Shown here in pieces: positions 37,905 through 51,721 of a stretch of 64,000 bases of DNA (the first letter of the stretch is position 1; each line of letters starts with the position of its first letter). Origin of the DNA: Octopus sinensis (Eukaryota); the NCBI RefSeq assembly GCF_006345805.1, contig NC_043023.1, positions 3,534,001 through 3,598,000 of the forward strand, given 5' to 3'. The notes below the pieces were generated by a model that had not been told where the DNA came from, did not search any database, and saw nothing but the letters and a program-made list of their open reading frames with translations. Made by a program: the position numbers and the translations under genes.

Positions 37905-38110
37905 GTTGTATACTGTCAATCTAACAAGAACGTGACACAGGGAAAAAAAAATGTGTCAAAGCTGTCAGGAGGCGTTCGATCCTTCCTAGGGCTATACAGT
38001 GGTGGTGTACCCCCTACTGTCACGTTCTTGTTAGATTGACAGTATACAACCATTATATCGCTCCACCACCGTACACCTCTCTACGAGAGATTTAGAAATT
38101 CAATATTTCT
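37901..38110. mobile_element. Fold-back element (37-bp arms plus tail) in (TA)n
   Basis: aatggttgtatactgtcaatctaacaagaacgtgaca and its exact reverse complement ending at 38054. Confidence 0.85.
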
Positions 38111-38477
38111 TTTATATATATATATATATATATATATGACAGGCTTCTTTCAGTTTCCGTCTACCAAATCCACTCACATGATGCATGAAGAGGAAGCAGG
38201 TCACCCAGTCAACCTCCACCACTGATGAGAAGATTCAGCAAGCTTGAAAGATGATAATGGTGAACCGGTTCATCATTACCATCTCTTGGATCACTGCCCC
38301 TTGTTCTGCTTTGGTGCACATTGCTAGTGGAGGAACCGTGCTTACTCCGTAAAGCCGGATAAACAATGGTGCGATGAGGCTCGAACTTTGATCATACGAC
38401 CACAATAGTACTAACTATAAGCATGCACGGAAGGTAGTGTGGCAATAATAAAAATATGTTATAATAATAATAATAAT

Positions 38478-38965
38478 AATTGTGTACAGTGCTCAGGTGC
38501 ACTGCAGCTCATCTAAAGTGTATATATAATCAGGTGTAGTTTCGGCGGATTTCGGAAAGCATGAGGGCCTTAACCCTTTAGTGTTCACATTATTCTGCCA
38601 AAATTAATCCTTTTTTATCCATATTGCTTTGAACTAATCAAGCATTATCTTGTAGCTATGAGATTATGATGAGGTAGCTGTTCATTTTTAAAATAATATT
38701 GTAGGGTTGGTGTGAGAGACCAGATCTGGCCAGTTTGAACATAAAACAAGCAGAATACTTTTGGCCGGATATGGCCGGTTTAAATGCTAAAGGGTTAAAG
38801 GATGCAGTGTCATGGCAGTCAACAACTGACGCAGGCAGTTTATTCCACGCTTCAGCAACTCTGAGCGTGAAAAAATGCTTCTGAAAGTCATGGGAGCTGT
38901 GTTGTTTTCTGACTTTGTAGGCATGTCCACGTGTGTTGGACACATGGAGATCAAAAAGGTGTTCA
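38478..38965 (-). mobile_element. CR1/L2-type LINE 3' remnant (interrupted by the piggyBac MITE); shorter copies at 12210-12323 and 62030-62190
   Basis: NTRGHAYKV...HFFTLRVAEAWNKLP matches the CR1 ORF2 C-terminal motif. Followed by a (TTA)n tail. Confidence 0.8.
38574..38794. mobile_element. piggyBac-type MITE with TTAA target-site duplication, inserted in a CR1 3' end
   Basis: TTAA|CCCTTTAG...CTAAAGGG|TTAA. The empty site GGCCTTAAAGGATG is seen at about 12300. Related copies at 2927-3345 and 14620-14830. Confidence 0.88.
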
Positions 38966-39204
38966 GTTATGGCAAAAGTGCAGATAATTTTTGACTTCTC
39001 CTCGTACAAGGACTAACACAGCATCATCACAGTCAACAGTTAGAAGGGCAAAGAAGGTGACTAACAGACAGATAATGACCATCATCGATTTAACATCTAC
39101 TTGTCCATGCTTGGAAGAATTTGGTCAGAATTTGCTGAACTGGGTTCTTTATTGTCGGATGCCTTTCCTGTCACCAACCCTCACATTTATTTTATGATTC
39201 ATTA

Positions 39205-39708
39205 TCTCTCTCTATATAAACGGCAGTTTGTCTGTCTGTGTGTCTGTCAGGTTGTACCTTCACCCTGACCACGGCTTTCAACCGATTCTGATGAAACTTG
39301 ACACACACATAGACCAATGTCATAATTCAAAACTAACACAGCGAAAATTTTGAAAATTTCCTCCAGTTCTGAAAAGAGATTGATAAATTTGACATGGGGT
39401 CGAGAATCTAAGCTTTTTATTTGCAACACATTTTCTGTTGTAGTTTTCGCAACTTGCAATCGATTTTCACCAAAATCATGGTGAAGCTTAATGTATAATT
39501 CTGACGTTAATTTTCCATGCAATACCTTACCATCAGAAAAAAATCGATAAAATCATGCCATTTTGGGAAATCGCGTTCAAATTCAAGATGACATATTTTC
39601 GACAATATCTTTCTCAAATTGGCAGGAATTTTTTTAAAATTCACAGTGAGCATCATGTCTGCTCCAGGGGCTCTTACATACCCGGGCAATGCCGGGCTAT
39701 GCTGCTAG
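39205..39708 (+). mobile_element. Non-autonomous Helitron-like element
   Basis: A|TC start, CCCGG-gcaatg-CCGGG hairpin, CTAG|T end. Confidence 0.7.
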
Positions 39709-40329
39709 TTGCTTATATTTTGGATTGCTATATATATAGGAACACCAAAATCTTTTCAACTGCTTAGGACCCCTGTGGGTCCTAATCCAGCCCTGATTCA
39801 ACCTGTAGAAAGCAATGTAGACACTGGCTTTTGAATATTTTTAGCATTAATGGTCACAAATTGCTCAGCCGTGGATTCATTTTCTCAGTTGAAGTATTCT
39901 TTTAGTCTTTATTCTTTTACTTGTTTCAGTCATTTGACTGTGGCCATGCTGGAGCACCACCTTTAGTCGAGCAAATCGACCCCAGGACTTATTTTATGTA
40001 AGCCTAGTAGTTATTCTATCATTCCCTTTTGCTGAACCGGTAAGTTATGGGGACGTAAACACACCCAGCATCGGTTGTCAAGCAATGCTAGGGGGACAAA
40101 CACAGACACATGCATATATATATACATATATACGATGGGCTTCTTTCAGTTTCTGTCTACCAGATCCACTCACAAGGCTTTAGTCAGCCCGAGGCTATAC
40201 TAGAAGACACTTGCCCAAGGTGCCACGCAGTGGGACTGAACCCGGAACCATGTGGTTCGTAAGCAAGCTACTTACCACACAGCCCCTCTCATCAGAACAA
40301 CTATGCCTCAAGGCAGGCTGGATGCCTTT

Positions 40330-41522
40330 ATCTCTATTAAGTAAAGATACAGATGTGTTACGAAAGATTAATTTTGAGGATCTGATCAAAGATTTTGCAA
40401 TTAAACATAAAGTTGAAACTTTCCAAAAGTGGAATTTTACAAAAATAAACCTTATTTTCCATTTTACTGTTAGTTTTTGATTCATTGTGCAAAATAAAAA
40501 TATATTTTATGCTTTATTAATGTTTAGATTTTGAATTACAAATATATGAGGGTACCAAAGTCTTATAAGTGTTTAGGGTCTATGGGTCTTAAACTGGCCC
40601 TGACCTTACATAATGTACTCCTAGATACACTATGCCTAAATGGCTTACAGCATAGAAGAAATCAGTTTGCACTTGTTAAAAATAATATTCAGAGCAGTTT
40701 ATATGATGATGATCATCATCGTTTAACGTCCGTTTTCCGCGCTAGCACGGGTTGGACGGTTCGACCGGGGTCTGGGAAGCCAGGGGCTGCTCCAGGCTCC
40801 AGTCTGATCTGGCAGAGTTTCTACGGCTGGATGCCCTTCCTAACGCCAATATAATATAATTTCAAAGTGTTCATGGTGTCAAAGTGAAGATTTGATCAAA
40901 GACAATTAAAAAAAAGTAGAAAATTTTTCAAATATAAATGAAGGGGAATTATACAAAAATATTTTCCATCTTACTCTTAGATTTGTTTCATTTTGAAAAT
41001 TTATAATATGGTTTATTATTGTTTATATTTTGAATTACATATATATGGAGGCACCAAAATCTTTTAAAGTGCTCAGGGCCTCTTTGGGTCTTAATCCAGC
41101 CCTGCATCCAGTACTGGTTTGACTTTTAAGCAAAAGAAGCACGGGCTTAGGGCATCAATAGAAATGTTGCAGCATAGAAACGGTAAATGGTTTATGGCAC
41201 AAAAGAAATCACTTTAAACTTGACAAGATAATATTCAAAGTAGTTTAGATGATCAGAAATATAATTATGAAGTGTTCATGGTGTCATGGTGAGGATCTGA
41301 TCAAAGACTTTGCAATTAAGAAAAAATTGGAGAAAACTTTTCAAATATAAATGAAGGGGAAATATGCAAAAATAAACATTATTTTCCATCTTACAATTAC
41401 TTTTGATTCATTTTGAAAAATAAAAATTTCTTTTATGGTTTGTTATTGTTTATATGTATATATGGGGGCACCAAAATCTTTTAAAGTGCTCAAGACCTTT
41501 ATGGGTCTTAACCCAGCCCTGC
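40330..41522 (+). mobile_element. Tandem, diverged hAT 3'-end remnants (3 units; a further terminus near 39740-39795)
   Basis: DVLRKINFEDLIKDFAIK resembles the hAT C-terminal dimerisation domain. Each unit ends caccaaaatct...cttaatccagccctg. Confidence 0.6.
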
Positions 41523-41544
41523 ATCAACCTGCAGAAAGCCTTTT

Positions 41545-43140
41545 AACAGAGTCCCTCACTTTGTGATCTGGTGGTTGTTGAGGAAGCTTGGGAATGGATA
41601 AATGACTTGTGAGAGTCATAGAAGACATGTACAGAAGGTGTGCCAATAAGGTAACACTTAACAACAAGCACAGCAATGAAATGAATATAGAGGTAGGAGT
41701 TCACCAGGGCCCTGTTCTCACTTATCTCCAAGCTATCATTGTCCTCTAACCCATAACAGAGTAGATTAACTCAACAGCATTCATATTACTCTGTCAAATG
41801 TAATGCTTATTTATTCACATTGTTCCTTCTCAAGCCATGCCTGGTTCATAAGGGCCGATTTCCCAGTTTCCTTGGTGTATAGGTTCCCCACCTGGATGGG
41901 ACGCCGGTCCGTCGCAGGGGAGCTGCAAGATGCAGGAGGAAAGAGGGAGAGAAAGTTGTGGCGAAAGAGTCAGCAGAAGTTCACCATTACCTTCTGCCGG
42001 AGCTGCATGGAGCTTAGGTGTTTCACTCATAAACACACACATCACTTGGTCTGAGATTCGAACCCGCGATCCCTCGACCACGAGTCCGCTGCTCTAACCA
42101 CTTGGCCATGTGCCTCCATTGAGCGGATTTTATGCTAGTTCCTAATAATATTTAATTATAAAAATGCAATAGAATTCTTGTTTAATACACATTGAATGAC
42201 TTTGGGGTCCAGTAGAATATAATAGGAATCAAAGGGGGTCCATGGGCATAAAATAGTTGAGAGCTGATTCCGTAGTAGAATTAGGAAAGGAACCCTCAGT
42301 ATGGGAGCAAAACTTTGGAACCAACAGGCCTTACATCATCATCATCTTCGTTTAGCGTCCGTTTTCCATGCTAGCATGGGTTGGATGGTTCAACTGGGGT
42401 CTGGGAAGCCAGAAGGCTGCACCAGGCCCAGTCTGATCTGGCAATGTTTCTACAGCTGGATGCCCTTCCTAACACCAACCACTCCGTGAGTGTAGTGGGT
42501 GCTTTTTACATGCCACCGGCACAGGTGCCAGACGAGTCTGGCAAACGGCCACGATCGGATGGTGCTTTTTACATGCCACTGGCACAAGTCCAGTCGGGGC
42601 GGCGCTAGCAATGGCCACGTTCGGATGGTTCTCTTATGTGCCACCGGCACTGGTATCACAGCTGCAATTTCCATTGATGTTGATTGATTTCGATTCTTAC
42701 ATTTAACTTTATAAAACTAGAATTTTTATAAATAGATTTCTCTCTCAGAACATTGTATGATGCTTGTGTACGAATAGTAAGGTTATAAGGGAGTGAGTCA
42801 TGGGCCCTGAATGCAAGGGACCTGTAAAGACTACAGAGAAATAAAGTTATCATGCTCGGCTGGATGTGCAGGGTAAGTGGGTGTGTGAACAACAAAGTAT
42901 AAACATCTGTGGAGAAGAGTTGGGCATAAGAGACATTAGATGCAGTGTGCAACAGAGACAACTGTGCTGGAATGGACACATTATGCACATTGATGTGGAC
43001 AGTTGTATAAAAAAAGAGCCAATCACTTAAGGTGGATGGAGCTTGTGAAAAAAGGAGATCTATGAAGGCATGAGATGAAGTGATGAAAGGTGACCTCAGG
43101 ATTTTGAATCTCAGAGGAGATGACAAAGGACTGGGATGCC
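41545..43140 (+). mobile_element. Fragmented RTE-like LINE (RT piece at about 41600-41760, C-terminal piece at about 42750-43140), split by SINEs
   Basis: VGVHQGPVL resembles the RTE GVxQGSVLSP motif. A degenerate C-terminal WxxxVKxDL-like motif follows. Confidence 0.5.
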
Positions 43141-43376
43141 CCATTTATCTCAGTGAAAGTGAGGTTCTGGAAGCATAATGTCTATACACAAAATTAGGCC
43201 CCTTTGCCTAATTTTCTCACCTTCTTCAATCTCTCACTCTCTATTACTCAACGACAGTATTCTATTGCTGTAGTTAAATGAAGAGAGAATTACACATTCT
43301 ATCATCTTTTCTACAGCATCAGTTATCTTTCTCACTAACCAAAACCACTTGACATCCATCCTTCACTCTTAACATT

Positions 43377-43818
43377 ATCCCTCTCCACCCATATTTTACA
43401 TTGATTACCTTACCCTTCTATGCTGCTAAATTATCTATCCTCCCTCTCCACCCATATTTTACATTGATTACCTTACCCTTCTATGCTGCTAAATTATCTA
43501 TCCTCCGTCTCCACCCATATTTTACATTGATTACCTTACCCTTCTATGCTGCTAAATTATCTATCCTCCCTCTCCACCCATATTTTACATTGATTACCAT
43601 ACCCTTCTATGCTGCTAAATTATCTATCCTCCGTCTCCACCCATATTTTACATTGATTACCTTACCCTTCTATGCTGCTAAATTATCTATCCTCCCTCTC
43701 CACCCATATTTTACATTGATTACCTTACCCTTCTATGCTGCTAAATTATCTATCCTCCCTCTCCACCCATATTTTACATTGATTACCTTACCCTTCTATG
43801 CTGCCAAATTATCTATCC
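43377..43818. repeat. 63-bp minisatellite, about 7 copies
   Basis: Unit atcctccctctccacccatattttacattgattaccttacccttctatgctgctaaattatct. Confidence 0.95.
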
Positions 43819-44196
43819 TTCTCTCTCTCCACTGAACTACTTCCTCTTGACTTGCCCCAATCAAAACACATCTCTCACTTTTCTCACATTACATGTCTCT
43901 CCACTCACACTCTCGCAACTTGTCCACACAAGTCATCTCCCTTTCTCACATCCTTTTCCTATCTACTGTATTATTATATTCTGTTCTTCTTCTTCCTTTT
44001 GTACTGCCAGTCATCACCTACTCTCCACAACCTTGTATTCAACTTGTATTAATCCCTGACCCCTTGCCACCCAGCACAACAATATATTCGAACCCCTACT
44101 TCATTCACTCTACACACTCTTGCAACCACTTCCCACCCATTCTTTTCAATGAGACTCTACCCCATGGCAGAGTGGTAGGCTTGAGATGTGACTTAC

Positions 44197-44264
44197 CTGG
44201 AAAAGCAGGAAGACAAGACTCAGTTCATAAACTATACTCATGCACAGTACAAGGCGCCAGAATG
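44197..44264 (-). CDS. PTDSS2: PTDSS2 exon: AFWRLVLCMSIVYELSLVFLLFQ
   Basis: ttattcag acceptor and CAG|GTAAGT donor. 68 nt. Completes the G|CA codon from the previous exon and matches PSS2 [23 protein letters not shown]. Confidence 0.95.
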
Positions 44265-44460
44265 CTGAATAAATAAACAAAGATATTTAAATGTATGTAT
44301 ATAAATGTGTATATGGGTTTGTGCATGTACATACGTGTATAAGTGTGTGCGAGTGTGTGATATCTTTAGCAAGTGTCTTCTACTACAGCCTTGGGCTGAC
44401 CAAAGCCTTCTAAATAAATTTAGTAGAAAGAAACTGATAGAAGCCTGTCGTATATATATA

Positions 44461-45025
44461 TTGGGTTGTCCAGAAAGTTCTTGCCGATTTTTAAAGGGAA
44501 GAAAAAGGTCAATAAATACTTGCCATTACATTTTTAATCAACCAAATATGAACCATTTTGTTGCACAATGCATCTCCATCTTTCCTTTAACTTGAAAATA
44601 CCCTCTTCCCAGAGTTGAGGTTGTTTCACGGCAAGAATTCATCAAGGTATCTTTTTACATCATCCAAGGAATTGAAATTTTTACCATTAAGACTATTCTG
44701 CAGAGACCTGAATAAGTGGAAATCTGAAGGAGCAATATCTGGTGAATATGGAGGGTGGAGTAACACATCTCAGCCGAGCTGCAGCAATTTTTGTCTGGTT
44801 CCCAAAGCATCAAGTGCCGAAAATGAACTTTCTTATCTTCCATTTTAAAGGGTTACAGAATTAACACAGGTTATAGGAACATAAACCTTCTTCCAGGAAA
44901 AGATAGCTTAAACTGTGCTCTAAATGGAGGTGTAGTCAAATCCTATTTTATGGACTCAACCATGTTCTAAAATAAGTCGAAAGGTAAGCTATTACAAATC
45001 GGCACAAACTTTCCGGACAATCTAA
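44461..45025 (-). mobile_element. Non-autonomous mariner (internal deletion derivative), single-unit copy
   Basis: TIRs ttgggttgtccagaaagtt / aactttccggacaatctaa, with TA flank on the left. N-terminal MEDKKVHFRHLML is joined to the YSPDIAPSD C-terminus. Confidence 0.9.
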
Positions 45026-45088
45026 TGTGTGTGTGTATATATATATAAGTGTAGGTCGTATACGAGTGGGTATATATTTATAAAAAAC

Positions 45089-45500
45089 AAGTTTAAAAAC
45101 GCCACTATATAAGATAAATTTTAATTTTCTTAGAAATTTTACATGTTTTGGTTCTTCTTGCAAAAACGAACCTCATCAAAAATATTTTAAAAAGTTAAGT
45201 GTAACAAAAAAGTTCGTAATTGTTTCTTACTGGTTTCAACAGAATCCACGTGGTGGTTTTATGAGCCACTGATCATTACCTTAGTTCTATTCGAACACAT
45301 AAGACAGCTATTATGCTACTCCCCACATAATTCCACCACGTGGATTCTGTTGAAACCAGTAAGAAACAATTATGAACTTTTTTATTACACCTAACTTTTT
45401 AAAATATTTTTGATAAGGTTTGTTTTTTCAAGAAGAACCGAAACATGTAAAATTTCTAAGAAAATTAAAATTTATCTTATATAGTGGCATTTTCAAACTT
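45089..45500. mobile_element. Fold-back element with about 165-bp arms, each carrying a degenerate hammerhead
   Basis: Arms at about 45089-45256 and 45332-45500. Consensus of the two arms is ATTT-TTGATGA-GGTT..AACC-GAAA-CATG-TA-AAAT. Confidence 0.8.
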
Positions 45501-48500
45501 CTTTGATATACTCTTTTACTTGTTTCAGTCATTTGACTGCGGCCATGCTGGAGCACCGCCTTTAGTCGAGCAAATCGACCCTGGGACTTATTCTTTTGTA
45601 AGCCCAGTATTTATTCTATGGGTCTCTTTTGCCGAACCGCTAAGTAACGGGGACATAAACACACCAGCATCAGTTGTCAAGCAATGCTAGGGGGACAAAC
45701 ACAGACACACAAACACATATATATATATATATACATATATACGACGGGCTTCTTTCAGTTTCCGTCTACCAAATCCACTCACAAGGCTTTGGTCTGCCCG
45801 AGGCTATAGTAGAAGACACTTGCCCAAGGTGCCATGCAGTGGGACTGAACCTGGAACCATGTGGTTGGCAAACAAGCTACTTACCACACAGACACTCCTG
45901 CGCCTATATATATATATATATATATACTTTTATGTGTACAATATGTAGGAAGGATTTGAGAGAATAAGTCCAAGACAGCTAGATGTTGCTTAAGTGTCCT
46001 AGGAAACAATGGACACACTTGTGTGGGATTTGAATCTGGGGACAAGCAAGACATATTTAGGAGAAAAATAGGAAAAATAGAAAATGGAAACAAACACTCA
46101 AGATGTTATTAAATCATTTATATCTTCATATCTCCTACATATGTTTCGATGATGCCTTTACAATATGCATTCATCCATCCCATATGCTTACGTATGCACC
46201 TCACTTTTTCCTTTAACTTTTAGCTATTTAAGTAATTGGGCTGCAACCATGCTGGGGTACCGCTTTGAAGTGTTTTAGTCAAATCAACCTCAGTACTTCT
46301 TTCTTTACTTTTAATTTTTAAAGTCAACCACTTTTTCTATTGGTCACCTTTTGTTGAATTGCTAAGTGATAGGGGTGTAAACAAACCAACACCACTTGCC
46401 AAGGGGTTATAGAGGACAGACACAAAAATACACACACTGATGGACTTCTTTTAGTTTACGTCTGCAGATCCACTTACAAGACTTTGGTTGGCCCAGGACT
46501 AGAGTAAAGGATACATGTCTAAGATGCCATATGGTGGAATTGAACCCAAATCCATGTGGTTTGGAAGCAAGCTTCTTCCCACACAGTCACACCTGTGCTC
46601 ATCCATACAACTATACCAGCGCACGTGTGTGTGTGTGTGTGTGTGTATCGTTTAAATTTCCTTATGAGAAATATTTTGAATATGCAAATAAGGCTCCTGT
46701 CCCATTATGCCAGCCACCGTCTAATGATGTTGACCGGAGAGTGAGTTTTTCAATCATGTGATTTGAGGAAATGTGCAAAGTGAGGCATTAAATGTTTATG
46801 AAGTCCATCCAATGGTTGTTATCATTATTATTATTATTTATTATTATTACTACATACATACATATACATCCATCCATACATACATACATACATAGACACA
46901 TACATATGTAGACACATACATACATACACACACATATACACACACACACAACCATGCATGCATACATACTATCATACAACCATACATACAATCATACAAC
47001 CATACATACATATCCATCCATCCATACATACATATCCATACATACCTACATACATACCTACATATCCATACATACATATCCATCCATCCATCCACCCATA
47101 CATACATACATATCCATATATGTACAAACATACAGAACATCTCCCTTCTGCAAATCTTTAGACAAAGATTTTTTTTAAAATCATTTTCAATCTGTTTGTT
47201 ACTGTATTTCTGTTGAGATGTTCTGTGTTTCTTTCAATTAATTTTAAATATAAGAATTTAGTAAAATAACTTAGTTATCATCCAGCTAGTGTTAGGAACA
47301 TAAATTGTGACTAAGGTTTGGTGGAAGATTTTAATTCAGAACTTAGGAAAGCAAGATATTTGTACTCAGAGCCAGAGCCGGTTTCAGAGGGTTTGGTATC
47401 AAAAGAGCTTAATATAACAAAGAATTTAGTAAAATAACTTAGTTATCATTAAGCTAGTGTTAGGAACATAAATTGTGACTAAGGTTTGGTGGAAGATTTT
47501 AATTCAGAACTTAGGAAAGCAAGACATTTGTACTACAGAGCCAGAGGTGGTTTTAGCCAGGTTGGTATCAAAAGGGTAAATTTGCAGATTTTGTTTCACT
47601 TGTTAGAAATAGCAGCCAAATCTTGTGCACATTGAGGACACATTTGACTGACTGTCTTTAACCCTTTTTTTACCATATTTCTGTTGAGATGCTCTGTGTT
47701 TCTTTCAATTAATTTTAAATATAACAAAGAATTTAGTAAAATAACTTAGTTACCATTTAGCTAGTGTTAGGAACATAAATTGTGACTAAGGTTTGGTGAA
47801 AGATTTTAATTCAAAACTTATGAAAACAAGACATTTGTACTCAGAGCCAGAGGTGGTTTCAGCCAGATTGATATCAAAAGGGTTAAATATAACAAAGAAT
47901 TTAATAAAATAACTTAGTTATCATTAAGCTAGTGTTAGGAACATAAATTGTGACTAAGGTATGCTGGAAAATTTTAATTCAAAACTTATGGAAACAAGAC
48001 ATTTGTACTACAGAGCCAGAACCGGTTTCAGCCGGGTTGATAATGAAAGGGTTAAAGCCTGTTCATAGTATTCAACTACCTGATATCAACAAAAGTGTGG
48101 GGCTGTATGCCACTGGATTTACTTTGGAAATTCCCTTGTGTCCATAGAGTTTATTTAAAAACTGTCAAATACAGAAAATGAAATTCATCCAACTGTTTAT
48201 TCGGAACCACTACCATCAAAGTTGTTTGTTCCTTCTGGAGCCATGCCTGGTTCATAAGGGCCGGTTTCCTAGTTTCATTGGCGTATAAGTTCCCCACCTG
48301 GATGAGACATCAGTCCATCACAGGTGAGCTCCTAGACACAGGAGGAAAGAGTGAAAGAAAGTTGCGGCAAAAGAGTCAGCAGAAGTTCACCATTACCTTC
48401 TGCCGGAGCCATATAGAGCTTAGGTGTTTCACTCACAAACACACACATTGCCTGGACTGAGATTCGAACCAGCAATCCCTCAACCACGAGTCCGCTGCTC

Positions 48501-48888
48501 TAACCAACAGGCCATGTGCCTCCACTATCACCAAAGTGGTTCTGAATAAAGTTACAGGAATTCCATTTTCTGCCTCTTGCATTTATATAAAACTAGCAGT
48601 ATCATCTGACAAGATGATTATGAAATTATATATATGATACATAAGTGTGTATATGTATGAGTGTGTTAATGTGTGTATATACACACATCCAAATAAGCAC
48701 ACACTCAAATATATGGCGCAGGCATGTCAGTGTGGTAAGAAGCTTGCTTACTAACCACATGGTTCCAGGTTCAGTCCTATTGTGTGGCACCTTGCGCAAG
48801 TGTCTTTTACAGTAGTGTCAACCAACCAAAGTCTTGTGAGTGGATTTGGTAGACAGAAACTGAAAGAAGCCTTTCGTATATTGAGATA

Positions 48889-48928
<40 letters not shown>

Positions 48929-49235
48929 TATAATATAATGTATATATTTATGTGTGTCCGTATTTGTCCCTCCACCATTGCTTGACAACCAATGTTGGTG
49001 TGTTTACATCCCTGTAATTTAGCAGTTCGGCAAAAAGAGACCAACAGAATAAGTACCAGGCTTACAAAGAATAAGTCCTGGGTTCAGTTAGTTCGACTAA
49101 AGGTGGTGCTCCAGAATGGCCACAGTCAAATGACTGAAACAAGTAAAAGAATAAAAGAAAATAAAATAAATATATACTCATGTTATGAGCTCTATTCTCC
49201 TTTTTGCACCACCACCCCACACACAAACATACATA

Positions 49236-49450
49236 GGAGGGTGCTGAGAAGGTCCCAACTTTGAGTAAAAGAAAATTCTGGAGGATCAGTTAATTATGAT
49301 TTTATTCAATATATTCCCCTCTCAGATTCACACACTCATTGCAGTGGTCCTTCAGTTTTTCTAAGCCCTGTGAAAAGAACTAGGATGACTGGGCCTCAAA
49401 CTAGTCCTTTTGTGATACTCTTAAAACCAGGAACTTTTCAGCACCCTCGA
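49236..49450. mobile_element. Tc1/mariner-type MITE
   Basis: Imperfect TIRs gagggtgctgagaagg / cttttcagcaccctc. Confidence 0.55.
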
Positions 49451-50243
49451 ATCTATGTGTGCATGTATGTGTGTCCGTGTGTCCCCACTATGCTCACTTC
49501 TGTATCGCTTGTTATCCCTGTATCATTTGTTTGTTCTCAGTCCAATATTCTCTGATTCTTGCAGATTCTTCTATCTGGGAAGCAACCTTATTGTTAAAGG
49601 CATGAAACTGCATCATACCCTCTGATCGATAACTGATAAGGGATTAGGGACCTTCTGTGTATGATTTTTGTTTGTGCATTTACTATAAGTTCTTTCACTT
49701 CATCATCATTTAGCATCTGCTTTCCATGCTAGCATGGGTTGGATGGTTCAACTGGGGTCTGGGAAGCCAGGAGGCTACACCAGGCCCAGTTTGATCTGGC
49801 AATGTTTCTATAGCTGGATGCCCTTCCTAACGCCAACCACTCCATGAGTGTAGTGGGTGCTTTTTACGTGCCACTGGCATGGAGACCAGGCGAGGCTGGC
49901 AACGGCCACAATCAGACGGTGCTTTTTACGTGCTACTGGCACGATATATATATATATGTGTGTGTGTTGTGTGTGTATAGACACATACAAAGACACACAT
50001 ACATACATATACACTGCATCATCTTGTCCAGACGATAGCTGTCTCCCATTCAGCCCAGTTTGTTCCGATTCACTTTCATCCATGCACGTGCACGGATACA
50101 CGACTATTCAAGCCGGTCAGTATTAAAGAACATCTGATCTATGTAAGTGATCTTGTGTTAAACCAGGATTAATTTCATTAGACCAGTCCTGGTCCAAGAT
50201 GCCATCTCATGTTTCACCAACAACAACTGTCACAAACTAATGT

Positions 50244-50277
<34 letters not shown>

Positions 50278-50670
50278 CACATACACACATGCATGCATAT
50301 ATATATACATATATACATACATACATATACGAACATACATGCATATATATATACACACATACATGCATGCATATAGATATATATACACACATACATGCAT
50401 ATATATATATATATACACATACATGCATGCATATATATATATATATATATTACACATACATGCATGCATATATATATATATATACACATACATGCATGCA
50501 TATATATATATACACACATACATACATGCATATATATATACACACATACATACATGCATATATATATACACACATACATACATGCATATATATATACACA
50601 CATACATACATGCATATATATATACACACATACATACATGCATATATATATACACACATACATACATGCA

Positions 50671-50739
<69 letters not shown>

Positions 50740-50898
50740 CATACATACATACATATACACACATACATGCATATACACACATACATGCATATATATATAC
50801 ACACATACATACATACATACATATACACACATATACGCACATACATGCATATATATATATATATATATTTATACACACACACATGCATATATATATAT

Positions 50899-51345
50899 AT
50901 CTGTAAATATAATATGTGACAATTATTTGGTAGCCATGATAAAACTCCAAGTTTCAGATGTAGAGGTGGAAATCCACAACACCATCTCTTCAGTTATCCG
51001 GCAATCAGAAAAAATGCTATGAAAAATGACCGTTATACAAAGGGAAATTAGTGTGTGATTGACCGTTATTAAGACAAAAGAGCTATTCGAATGACCGCTA
51101 AGTAAGGGGGAGAGTAACGGTCAATGACACAGTAATTTCTCTTTGTATAACGGTCATTTTCCATAGCATTTTTTCTGATGGCTGGATAACTGGATAAGGT
51201 GGATTTCCACCTCGGCATCCGAAACTCGGAGTTTTATCATGGCTACTGAATAATTGTCACATATTATTTTACAGATAAATTTCCTCTATTTACATAATAT
51301 TGAGGTCTCCTGCTTTCTTTTGTTGTCTTACCATTTTTATCAATA
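50899..51345. mobile_element. Fold-back element (arms about 165 bp, plus tail) with hammerhead
   Basis: Inverted arms at 50899-51068 and 51115-51276. Same family as the 5449 copy. Confidence 0.8.
50938..50998 (-). ncRNA. Type I hammerhead fold in a PTDSS2 intron (sense to the pre-mRNA)
   Basis: Minus strand reads GATAA-CTGAAGA-GATG..GTGG-ATTT-CCAC..CATC-T-GAAA-CTTGGAG-TT-TTATC. Stem I is GATAA/TTATC and the cleavage triplet is GUU. Confidence 0.62.
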
Positions 51346-51654
51346 TATATACAAACATACATACATACATACTCACATTCATACATGCATGCATGCACGC
51401 GCACGCACACACACACACACACACACCACCACACACACACACCACACACACCACACACACACATACATACAACATACATACATACATACATACATACATA
51501 CATACATACATACATACATACATACTGGTATGGTTCTTGGTTCAGTCCCACTGCATGGCACCTTGGGCAAGTGTCTTCTACTACAGCTTCAGGTTGACCA
51601 AAGCCTTGTGAGTGGATTTGGTAGACAGAAATTTAAAGGGGCCTGTTGTATATA

Positions 51655-51721
<67 letters not shown>

